Position numbers and translations under genes: made by a program. A DNA stretch of 53,201 bases, from positions 43,099 through 96,299 of the forward strand of contig JBBDRY010000096.1 of the NCBI GenBank assembly GCA_040905225.1. The letters are read 5' to 3'. Source of the DNA: Chloroflexota bacterium. Its GTDB lineage: Bacteria; Chloroflexota; Limnocylindria; Limnocylindrales; CSP1-4. The notes beneath the pieces are model-generated. The model had not been told where the DNA came from, did not search any database, and was given only the letters and a program-made list of their open reading frames with translations. Below, piece after piece: positions 30,318-37,959 of this stretch; position 1 is the first letter of the stretch, and every line of letters starts with the position of its first letter.

Positions 30318-31489
30318 GACGCGCCCAATAACTTCGTCCTAACCTGCTGGTCCGTGGCGGCGTCGATGGCCGTCCAGGCGAGCGCGACCGCGCCGTCGAA
30401 GATCGCTCTGTCCGCGGCGGGCGAGGCGGCGGCCGCGGTGAATTCGGGCTGATGGTTGACCGCCGGCGCCGACTCGATGCCGATGATCGGATGGATCGAA
30501 GGCACAACGTAGGAGACGTTGCCCATGTCGGTCGAGAAGCGCGTCATCAGGAGTCGCGATGGATCTGGCGGCAGGTCGTCTATGAACCGCCGGCCGAGCG
30601 CCTCGGCGTTGGTGCGGTAGAGGTACGCCAGGTCCGGGTTGTGGATCATGTCGGCGTAAACCGTGTGCTGCTCCAGGGTGAGTGCGGCTCCGCTGGCCGT
30701 GGCTCCAGCCTCGAAACAGCGCAGGACCTTCTCGCGCAGCTCGTCCATCCGCGCTACCGACGCGGCACGGACCATCCAGCGCCCCTGGACCTTGGCGGGA
30801 ATGATGTTCGGCGCCTCGCCGCCGACCGTGACGATGCCGTGAACGCGATCCGTGGGCAGCAACGCCTGACGCAGCAATCCGATGGCGACCTGGGCGACGA
30901 CCATTCCGTCGGCGGCGTTGATGCCACGCTCGGGAAAGGCGCCGGCGTGCGAGGGCAGCCCCGTGTAGGTCACATCGATCGACTGCGCGGCGAGGACCTC
31001 GGGCAGCAACTGGTCGTTCGGACCCGGGTGAACCATCAGTGCGCAGTGGACGCCCCCGAAAGCGCCCGCGTCGATGAGCTGCTGCTTGCCGGCGCCGCCC
31101 TCCTCTGCCGGCGTGCCGATCACGGTCACGCGCATACCGAGCTGATCCGCCACGGCCGTTAGTCCGACCGCTGCCCCAACGGACGAGGCGGCGATGACGT
31201 TATGTCCGCACGCGTGGCCAACCTCGGGAAGGGCGTCGTATTCGACCAGCAAAGCGACGTTGAGTGGCCCGGGGCCGTATGTGCCAATGACCGCGGTCTC
31301 GAGCCCGCCGGCGCCCCTGGTGACGGCAAAGCCGGCCTTCTCGAGCCACTCGGCAACCCAACCCGCGGCCATGCGCTCCTCGTAGCCGAGCTCCGGGTTG
31401 GCGTGGATCCAGTGGCTGAGGCCGATCAGCGCCTCATTGGCCCGCTCTACTTGCTGTCGGGCAGCCGCCTTTGCATCGGTCGTATCCAT
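30314..31489 (-). CDS. M20D-family amidohydrolase (AbgB/aminoacylase-like)
   Basis: The ATG at 31489 gives MDTTDAKAAARQQVE... The motifs HANPELGYEE and EVGHACGHN are metal ligands typical of M20D. Confidence 0.85.
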   Translation of the reverse strand: MDTTDAKAAARQQVERANEALIGLSHWIHANPELGYEERMAAGWVAEWLEKAGFAVTRGAGGLETAVIGTYGPGPLNVALLVEYDALPEVGHACGHNVIAASSVGAAVGLTAVADQLGMRVTVIGTPAEEGGAGKQQLIDAGAFGGVHCALMVHPGPNDQLLPEVLAAQSIDVTYTGLPSHAGAFPERGINAADGMVVAQVAIGLLRQALLPTDRVHGIVTVGGEAPNIIPAKVQGRWMVRAASVARMDELREKVLRCFEAGATASGAALTLEQHTVYADMIHNPDLAYLYRTNAEALGRRFIDDLPPDPSRLLMTRFSTDMGNVSYVVPSIHPIIGIESAPAVNHQPEFTAAAASPAADRAIFDGAVALAWTAIDAATDQQVRTKLLGAS

Positions 31490-31850
31490 CGGGTGGAATG
31501 GTAGAGAAGAGTAGCCGGAATGCGAACCAGGCGATCGGATCGATCCGGCGGTCGCTGACAGTGGCTCGCCCCCGCCGGCGTACTTGAACTGGTCGGGGCG
31601 CATGGAGTAGAGCCGAGGCTTTACGGGTAGACGTCCGGATTAGGTCCCGGCACGATGTTTCCGGCCATCGGCCGCTCGGCCTAATCGAAATCCGGTGCTC
31701 GGACTCCTCTCGCTGATCACGAAGTAGCCCAGGCGCGACCTAAAGGCAGCGCTGCTCACTGCTTGACATCTTGGTCCATCAAGACCATACCAGTCGAGCG
31801 CAGGGGGAGCGCTTGACAGGTCCAGACTCAAGAGTCACGAGAGGGCCCGA

Positions 31851-32228
31851 ATGCCAGACAACGCATGGCCGATAGCCGCCATCGCGGGAGCCCTAACCGT
31901 TGGCCTTCTCGCGATCCTTGGGTACCTAGTTACCGTGCTTGGGCTTGCGCGGCTGCGGAACATCGATGAAGCGGTTAGCAATGTCGTGCGCCAGCTACGC
32001 CTCCGGCAGGACGCTACCATCGCGGACGTTCGAGCTGAGACCGAACGGGCGAAAGCCGAGCTGTCCACTTTCGTCGACAAGGAACTGAGTACGTTGACTG
32101 CCCGGCGCGATGAACTTGAGCAGCTGTCCGCGAGTCTCGCTTGGGCGAAAGAGGCCACACGAGGCGGCGCGGATGTCCAGATACCAGCGACAGTTCACGA
32201 AGCGTATTTGCTCGCGAAGGCAGCCTAA
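31851..32228 (+). CDS. hypothetical membrane-anchored coiled-coil protein
   Basis: 125 aa with a GAGAGGG Shine-Dalgarno site 5 nt upstream of the ATG. N-terminal TM (WPIAAIAGALTVGLLAILGYLVTVLGL) followed by a heptad-like charged region. Confidence 0.5.
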   Translation: MPDNAWPIAAIAGALTVGLLAILGYLVTVLGLARLRNIDEAVSNVVRQLRLRQDATIADVRAETERAKAELSTFVDKELSTLTARRDELEQLSASLAWAKEATRGGADVQIPATVHEAYLLAKAA

Positions 32229-33256
32229 GGGTGCGGGTCCTGCGGATGAACCGTCTCGTCCGGACTCGGGCCTACTGCGCTCGCGAAGTCTTTAGACGCC
32301 GTCAGAACTCGCAATTCCGGGAGGGACATCTCGATGCCGAGTGACTCATTGACGGCGAAACCGTCCGCAACAGACCACTTATACGACAGGTCATGAGCGG
32401 GCATCAGCCGGTAGATGTACCCGAACTTCGTTCCCTGTTTGGCATACAACCCATCCAGTTTCTCATTGTCGAGGAAAAGGACGACCGGCTCGCCGATCGC
32501 AAGGTCGACACGCGGCTCACTTGCGATCACATACGTTCCAAGAGGGAGGGGGTGATCGTCCGCGTCGGCATTCGATGTGTCCGCGATCGTGACGACGACT
32601 TGACCACCCCTGATGGTGAATTCGATGACGTCGCCCGGCGACACGGAGTCGGTTACGTCGGCCAGTACATCGTCGACCTCGAATAGGACATCGCGAAGGA
32701 GCTCACTGGCTACGTCGCGCCCTGCCCTGCTTCCGACAAGAGACGAGTCCCAGTACGACCCGTCGAGAGAGTTGAAGTACGGACGACCGAACGCCAACAC
32801 GCGACCCTGCACCGCGAGCCGTGCCATTGAAGCGAGATGCTCGGGAGTACGAATTCCAAAGTACGAGTATTCATCGATAAATCGGGCGTTGATCGTGGAG
32901 TCCACGGCGGGCTGGTCTGATAGCGTGTCGAGTGAACCGTCATACGCTGACGTGTCGGTCGTGGCATATTGTCCTGTGACTACAGGAGGGCGACGCGCGA
33001 TCCAGTTCGCGATCATCGCCTGGTCGCCAGGCCGGGGCGTACTACTCGGGCCCTGCGGAGCCGTCGTACTGGTTGCGCCGACACTAGGTGTTGCTGGGGG
33101 CCGAGCGATGGACCGCAGCGGGGTAGCGGTGGCGGTGGCGTCAGTAGTGCTCGGTGGCGCACTCGGCACATTGGGGGACCGAGGTGGTGCGGCGGTACAT
33201 GCGACCGCCACCACAAGTATCACTGCGGCCAAGCCGGTGCGAATCACTAGAAGCAT
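32225..33256 (-). CDS. hypothetical lipoprotein
   Basis: 343 aa. Signal peptide plus lipobox (AVILVVAVACTAAP), a Pro/Thr/Ser linker, then a globular region with no motif I recognise. The start overlaps the upstream gene's stop by 10 nt. Confidence 0.6.
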   Translation of the reverse strand: MLLVIRTGLAAVILVVAVACTAAPPRSPNVPSAPPSTTDATATATPLRSIARPPATPSVGATSTTAPQGPSSTPRPGDQAMIANWIARRPPVVTGQYATTDTSAYDGSLDTLSDQPAVDSTINARFIDEYSYFGIRTPEHLASMARLAVQGRVLAFGRPYFNSLDGSYWDSSLVGSRAGRDVASELLRDVLFEVDDVLADVTDSVSPGDVIEFTIRGGQVVVTIADTSNADADDHPLPLGTYVIASEPRVDLAIGEPVVLFLDNEKLDGLYAKQGTKFGYIYRLMPAHDLSYKWSVADGFAVNESLGIEMSLPELRVLTASKDFASAVGPSPDETVHPQDPHP

Positions 33257-34185
33257 TGGTAACCGTGGCTAACCTGGTACCCGTAGCACGCATGCTCGTT
33301 TTCGTGTTGGAGCGGGTCGCGCTTCGTGATTTCTCCGGGCACGACGGTGCCGCTCATCGTGTGCTGATGCGTATGAGTGTCGTGGCCCGTGGGAGGGTCG
33401 TGGTGGGAAACGTTCTGTGCGTGGCCGAGTTCTTCCTGCCAAACACTCCACTCGTCGATCTGAAGGCCGCCCGGTGTTCCCGTTCCATTGTACCAGCTGC
33501 AAGCTTGAAAGCCTGGTTGGTCTCCGCAATCGATCTCTTCAACATCGTGCCGGACCCATAGCTCGGCCACGCGAGGGATATGATTGCTCGCGTCCTCCTG
33601 GAGAATGCGACCCATCCCAAGAACTCCCCCGGAGGCGAACTTCATGTTCGGGTGCGTGATTCCATCGAGGTCTTTCGTGGCGTTCCACGGACTGTTCGGG
33701 TTTGTCTCGCCCTCCCATTGCGCCACGGCCCGTTTGTACGAGTCGCGGTCGGCCAGATGATGGCCGTCGTCGAGCTCGTTTCCGAAGTGCCACAACATTG
33801 TGTTCGCGTTCCAATGCGCGGCGCACGTCGGGTCACTGCCATACGCCACCTGCGTCAGGCACTGAAGGAAGCTGTGGCCGGCGGCCACGGGTAGAAGCCC
33901 GGGTAGAGCGGCGATCGCAAGTTGCATCGCAGCGGCGAGGGCGAAAGCAGCTCTCCAGTGAGGCACGGGCAGCCGACCCTGACGGTGATGTATCGCGAAC
34001 AGAGTACGCCCGATCAAGGCAATGTCAAGCCGCGACCGGCTCTGTGAACGGCCAGCGCATCTGGCACGGGGGCGAGAGGATTTGAGCCGCCAAGTCCCAC
34101 GCCGCGAATAGTGGTGCCGAAATTGCTGTTCGACGCCCTCTGGAACACCGCGTGATCCGACCGAGGCGAGGGGCCAGCGAACCAC
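33247..34185 (-). CDS. hypothetical secreted protein with a degenerate metzincin-like motif (start uncertain)
   Basis: Hydrophobic leader AAFALAAAMQLAIAALPGLLPVAAG. EELGHAQNVSHHD resembles HExxHxxGxxH with H1->E and G->N. His-rich tail HDTHTHQH and several Cys residues. Confidence 0.5.
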   Translation of the reverse strand: MVRWPLASVGSRGVPEGVEQQFRHHYSRRGTWRLKSSRPRARCAGRSQSRSRLDIALIGRTLFAIHHRQGRLPVPHWRAAFALAAAMQLAIAALPGLLPVAAGHSFLQCLTQVAYGSDPTCAAHWNANTMLWHFGNELDDGHHLADRDSYKRAVAQWEGETNPNSPWNATKDLDGITHPNMKFASGGVLGMGRILQEDASNHIPRVAELWVRHDVEEIDCGDQPGFQACSWYNGTGTPGGLQIDEWSVWQEELGHAQNVSHHDPPTGHDTHTHQHTMSGTVVPGEITKRDPLQHENEHACYGYQVSHGYQCF

Positions 34186-34250
34186 GGGCCTGCTTTATAG
34201 CCGGGCGGGACTAGGCCGGTCGTCTCAAAGAACCTGGGCGCGAGCCGCGG

Positions 34251-34408
34251 TCAGCCGGGGCGACGCCTCGGAGTGGGCAGATCGACGTCTGCTTTTCGGA
34301 TCGTCACGATCGTCGGGACACGCTGCGGTTCAATTGGGGGCCCGCGCCGCTCGGGAGGGACGGTCGGGGGGCGCTCCGGCGGGGCCGGAGCCTTCGGCTC
34401 ACTCGTCA
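34251..34408 (-). CDS. proline-rich micro-ORF (paralogue 2)
   Basis: The GTG at 34408 gives VTSEPKAPAPPERPPTVPPERRGPPIEPQRVPTIVTIRKADVDLPTPRRRPG. It is clearly paralogous to the upstream micro-ORF. It could alternatively be the 3' half of one frameshifted gene. Confidence 0.35.
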
Positions 34409-34578
34409 CGCGAGCGCCTCTCGATCTCCGCCTCTTGTGCTGTAAAGATGGTCGGCGCACGCTCGGGCTCCGTGGGCGGTTGCGGGTGCTCGATGCGTTC
34501 TCTGGGAATCGTCGGCGGCCGGTCCGGTTCGGGCGGCGGTTCCGGCGATCGAGGCTGGTCGATTTCCCTATCAGTCAT
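34399..34578 (-). CDS. proline-rich micro-ORF (paralogue 1)
   Basis: The ATG at 34578 shares ATGA with the stop of the TM-protein gene. Product: MTDREIDQPRSPEPPPEPDRPPTIPRERIEHPQPPTEPERAPTIFTAQEAEIERRSRDE. Confidence 0.4.
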   Translation of the reverse strand: MTDREIDQPRSPEPPPEPDRPPTIPRERIEHPQPPTEPERAPTIFTAQEAEIERRSRDE

Positions 34579-35165
34579 GCCAGTAGCTCCGCAATCCACG
34601 CGATGATTGTCAGTCCAATCAGGATAACCGCCCACGTGAGGCCGTCGAACATGCCATTCAGTTGCTTCCTGTTCTCAATCTGCGCCTTCTCCATCTCGAC
34701 GGCGAGCCCGTAGTGCGTTTGCGCGATCGACGCTGTCGGCTCGCTTCTCACGTACGAGCCGACCACCTCCTTCGCATTCGGCAGAAACCGCCACCCGGAG
34801 CGCGGCCGGATGATGTTCAGTGTCGTCACGACCGTAAGCCCGAACAGGACCACGGCGATCCACCCAGGGATGCCCAGGGCCGCCTTCTGGCCACTTGGCA
34901 GCGCCGCGCCGCCGAGGAAGCTTGTCACGATCGCGGCCGCGGCGAGCAGCGTCGACGCTCGCTCGCGCAGACCGTCGAGCGTTTCCTGCTGCTGGTCGAG
35001 CGCTTTCAGAGCAAGGTCGTATGCGAGCCGGTAGTGCTCGCCGAACGGCGTGTAGGCGTCCTCGAACGGATCGCGTCCGGTGCGATCCGCAGCGCTCAAC
35101 GCGTCGAACTCTGGCGTTCCGATCTCCGGCAGGTCGCTCGATGTGATCCCAGGGTCGCTGTCCAT
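34575..35165 (-). CDS. 3-TM membrane protein, candidate membrane effector
   Basis: The ATG at 35165 lies 4 nt after the upstream stop and gives a 196-aa product. Soluble acidic N-terminus, then ASTLLAAAAIVTSFLGG, IPGWIAVVLFGLTVVTTLNII and the C-terminal LTWAVILIGLTIIAWIAELL. Confidence 0.6.
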   Translation of the reverse strand: MDSDPGITSSDLPEIGTPEFDALSAADRTGRDPFEDAYTPFGEHYRLAYDLALKALDQQQETLDGLRERASTLLAAAAIVTSFLGGAALPSGQKAALGIPGWIAVVLFGLTVVTTLNIIRPRSGWRFLPNAKEVVGSYVRSEPTASIAQTHYGLAVEMEKAQIENRKQLNGMFDGLTWAVILIGLTIIAWIAELLA

Positions 35166-35169
35166 GGTG

Positions 35170-35991
35170 CTATGGCCGGGGCTTGGCGCGGGCCGTTGGT
35201 ATCGCCATATCAAGGCGACGATGTAGGTACGAGACCGTCGTGAGAAGATCCATTGCGTCCTGTTCGGTGATGGTGCTGTAGACGCGCGGTAGGTGGGCCG
35301 GGACATTCCGAAAGACCTTGAAGATCCCGCGCATGATCGCCGCGACGCCGTCATGGTCATCCCAATCGCTCGGGTCCTTCAAATCGTTCACGAGAAGGTA
35401 CGGGCCGGATCCGCCCCGCTCGAACGCGGTTTGCACGAGCGTTACCGCGTCAGACGTCAAGCCAGTGATCGAGCGGAGCTTGTCCGCGACCGACTTGGCC
35501 GCTTCAAACACCGCGTGGAAGTAATCCTTTGCCACCAACTCGGCTCGACAGAACCGAATCACGTCCGGGTGGACCCGGCGCCGGTCCAGCTCATCGCGCA
35601 TCCTGTCTGCTCGCCGCTGAGCCTCGCTGACGGTCGACGCTTTGGGCGCCTGGAACATCCTCCCGTCAAGCATCAGCTTGTAGCCCGCCAGCGCCGACGG
35701 AACATTGAGGGCTTGGACCAGCCGCTCGTGCGCCTCGGCATCACCGCTTGAGTTCGACGGTGAGGCCGCTTCCTTAATGAACGTCACGACACGCGTTCCC
35801 GAACCGGACCCATCCTGGGCCGTGGCCAACGCTGCGTAGATTCGTCTCCACTTCGTCGACAGGTCGATGGGATCGTTCAGTCCCGTCGTCGCCAGCATGC
35901 GACTGATCACCTGTCCGGTGAAGGCCGCTCCGATGACCCGGCTAATCCTTTCGAGCGTTCCGGGCGCGAACGGATCAAGTTTCGGCGCCAT
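35170..35991 (-). CDS. TIGR02391 (hypoth_ymh)-like protein with HEPN-type R-x4-H motif
   Basis: The ATG at 35991 gives MAPKLDPF... The C-terminal part reads HPDVIRFCRAELVAKDYFHAVFEAAKSVADKLR...LVQTAF...GIFKVFRNVPAHL...EQDAMDLLTTVSYLHRRLD, matching my recollection of the TIGR02391 pattern. RNVPAH is an Rx4H motif. Confidence 0.6.
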   Translation of the reverse strand: MAPKLDPFAPGTLERISRVIGAAFTGQVISRMLATTGLNDPIDLSTKWRRIYAALATAQDGSGSGTRVVTFIKEAASPSNSSGDAEAHERLVQALNVPSALAGYKLMLDGRMFQAPKASTVSEAQRRADRMRDELDRRRVHPDVIRFCRAELVAKDYFHAVFEAAKSVADKLRSITGLTSDAVTLVQTAFERGGSGPYLLVNDLKDPSDWDDHDGVAAIMRGIFKVFRNVPAHLPRVYSTITEQDAMDLLTTVSYLHRRLDMAIPTARAKPRP

Positions 35992-36036
35992 TGGCGTGCG
36001 GATGCCTCCACGCGGGCAGAATGGACAATCTCCACA

Positions 36037-36462
36037 ATGACAGAATATCGACCAGGGTGGGACCACTTCCTCGAGGCCCAGGCGCCGCCATGGCTACGGG
36101 AGTTCGTGCGCAATGAGACTTCAGCCGTAGACGCCGATCTAGCGCTCCCGATGGGCGGAAAAGGGGTATGCCTTCCGACGGTGATTGCCTGGAGGAGACA
36201 CTTCGAAGCTGCCGGGATTCGCGTTGAGCAACAAGGCCGCGGTCTCGACAATCGCGCCGGGCGGTGGACGGGCGGTTATCTCGCCGTCGATGGGGAAGAG
36301 CCGAGAGACCATCACTGGCTCGCAGTGTGGCCGGAACTCACCCTGTTCGATCCGACCTGGGGCGACCAGGACTTCGGTCAGGAGGAACTGCCGAATCTGG
36401 ACCGCTATTTGGTCGGCGGCATGGCATTTCCGGACTGGCGGGCCGCGATCTTCGCTGGGTGA
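36037..36462 (+). CDS. minimal transglutaminase-like (papain-fold) cysteine protease domain protein
   Basis: 141 aa. GKGVCLPTVIAWRRHFEAAGI (Cys), DHHWLAVW (His) and LFDPTWG (Asp) occur in the order and spacing of the transglutaminase-core triad. Divergent from the HEPN-like gene. Confidence 0.45.
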   Translation: MTEYRPGWDHFLEAQAPPWLREFVRNETSAVDADLALPMGGKGVCLPTVIAWRRHFEAAGIRVEQQGRGLDNRAGRWTGGYLAVDGEEPRDHHWLAVWPELTLFDPTWGDQDFGQEELPNLDRYLVGGMAFPDWRAAIFAG

Positions 36463-36690
36463 GCGGCCCGTCTCTGCGCGACAGCATCCACCAAAGGCGG
36501 AGGTCTCGGCCAATCCACGCCATTCGACGATGTCACAGCTCCGGGCATCCGCCCGCTGCTGGCCCTCTCGCTCGCGCCGGCGTCGGCGCTAGCAATGCCG
36601 ATCAGGGGTAGTCGAGTGTGGCCACGGACTTGCGGTTGGCGTAGGCTCACGTCCGGGAGCGGCTGACGCAACACGGAGGCCAGAATCGCC

Positions 36691-37234
36691 ATGGGCCTAG
36701 AACTTGTGAACCTTGACGCACGAACGCGTGAATTGGCGCTGTCGGAAGTGGACTCGGATGTCCAACAGGGCCGCCTCTACATGAGTACACGAGTACACGC
36801 TTCACACCACGTGGATTGGAACGGTATCCAGACCTGCTTCGGGATGCTGTTCGCGGAGGTGACGACGATAGTCTGGCCCGGGGGCTCAGGACCGAGGATG
36901 CTTCTCGGAATGGGAAGAGGGCCGGCGGGGAGCCAAGAGGTTCCCGAAGCGCGTCCCAGTAACCGCGGCCGGGACCTTTGCAGAGGGCGAATTCAACAGA
37001 TTCTACTTGAGGGGCCTTTGCCTCAGGGCGATTGCCGCTGGAGTACCGGCGCTCGAAGTCTATCGGGCAAAACAGGTGGCAGAGCCCCATCCGGAGTCCG
37101 AAGCGAAGGTCGGTAGCATGGTGAACGCAGCCTCGATGCTCAATGATCTGCGAGCGAACATCGGGGTGGACACAGCCCTGGGCCTCCCGCCAGGTCCCAA
37201 TTCGGGCATGAGCGCTCGGCTGCCGGGCACGTAG
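36691..37234 (+). pseudogene. disrupted gene of unknown function (at least 2 frameshifts, one caused by an 8-bp tandem duplication)
   Basis: ATG at 36691 with an ACGGAGG Shine-Dalgarno site. GAGTACAC is duplicated in tandem at 36783-36790 and 36791-36798. Protein-like sequence continues in frame 0 (FTPRGLERYPDLLRDAVRGGDDDSLARGL) and then in a third frame (FAEGEFNRFYLRGLCLRAIAAGVPALEVYRAK...) to the stop at 37234. Confidence 0.6.
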
Positions 37235-37530
37235 CCTCGGCCAATGCCCGGAATTGCCCTGTGCCGCATCGGCCGTGGCCGAGCGGCGGGTAGCTCCGAG
37301 ACTCGGAACGAGTCAGCGGATGGCCAACTCAGGCGGACTGTCGAACCGGTCGATGACGTTCACGGTCCCGCTGGCCACGATGAAGCATCGCAGTAGCGGC
37401 GGTTCCGGTGTCGTGGGAATGTCCGTTCGGAGCCGTCCACGACACGCCGCCGCGTCGGTCTCTACACCCGCAGCCGAACGAGAACGCGTGGCTGCTCGGC
37501 CTCGTGGCCCACACGGAAGACGTGAGAATG

Positions 37531-37561
37531 TCGGGGCGAGGGGATTTGAACCTCCGATTCC
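37531..37561 (-). other. tRNA 3'-half remnant (T-arm plus acceptor strand, tRNA-Pro-like)
   Basis: The minus strand reads GGAATCGGAGGTTCAAATCCCCTCGCCCCGA. This contains a GGTTCAAATCC T-loop box and a CGCCCCGA acceptor/discriminator. No matching 5' half, D-arm or anticodon arm could be folded. Confidence 0.4.
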
Positions 37562-37959
37562 CACACCTAGCGTCGTCGTGCCAGCGTTGGTGATGGCCAC
37601 GCTTCGCCGCGTCGTGTAAGTGCTCCCTCATCGCCTCCGCCGGCTTGTGGGCACAACCGGAGCCTACGTGCCTTACGAGTCGCCGGCCCTTGAGCGGTCA
37701 GGTGTGCGGCCGTTTGATCGTGCGCGAACGAAGGGGCAGTCGGGGATTTGGCGGTCGGATACACGGCGTGGCGGCACGACTTGATTATGGGTCCGTGCGC
37801 AGTTGGTAGCATCCAGTCGCGGCATCGTCGCGGTCTTGCTCCATGGCGTCCGCCCGAACAGCGAAGCCAGTCTTCTCGTTGCCGCCGCCCAAGGGCAACT
37901 CGGCCCACGAGGGCCGCCAAGGCCTTGCATCCCGCGCTAATGTATGTTACATAGTCGGC

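Noticed and set aside
30314-31489. The M20 amidohydrolase as the missing allantoate amidohydrolase of the purine pathway.
   Set aside because: Its motifs (HANPELGYEE, GHACGHN) look like the M20D/AbgB-type rather than the AllC-type. It also lies about 15 kb from the purine cluster, among unrelated genes. This is not excluded, only unsupported.
31640-31850. I searched for a direct repeat of the tRNA-Ile 3' end marking the left island boundary. I noted two GCTTGACA..GGTCCA copies (31762 and 31811) and a TCTTG-GTCCAT-CAAGA inverted repeat.
   Set aside because: There is no tRNA-derived repeat. The TTGACA hexamers lack convincing -10 partners at 16-18 bp spacing. The repeats are too short to assign as att or promoter without comparative data.
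36647-37090. Minus-strand 147-aa ORF overlapping the disrupted gene.
   Set aside because: The plus strand carries a Shine-Dalgarno-preceded start and protein-like segments in three frames, consistent with a frameshifted gene. The minus-strand product has no features.
37271-37350. GTGGCCGAGCGGC..., resembling the D-loop of class II (Ser/Leu) tRNAs.
   Set aside because: No consistent acceptor, anticodon or T stems could be folded. It is probably chance similarity, or too decayed to call.
37789-37860. Plus-strand GGGTCCGTGCGCAGTTGGTAGCATCC..., which resembles a tRNA acceptor plus D-arm.
   Set aside because: The D-stem does not pair (GCGC versus GCAT). No anticodon arm or T-arm (GGTTCRANYC) follows. 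It cannot be folded into a cloverleaf.
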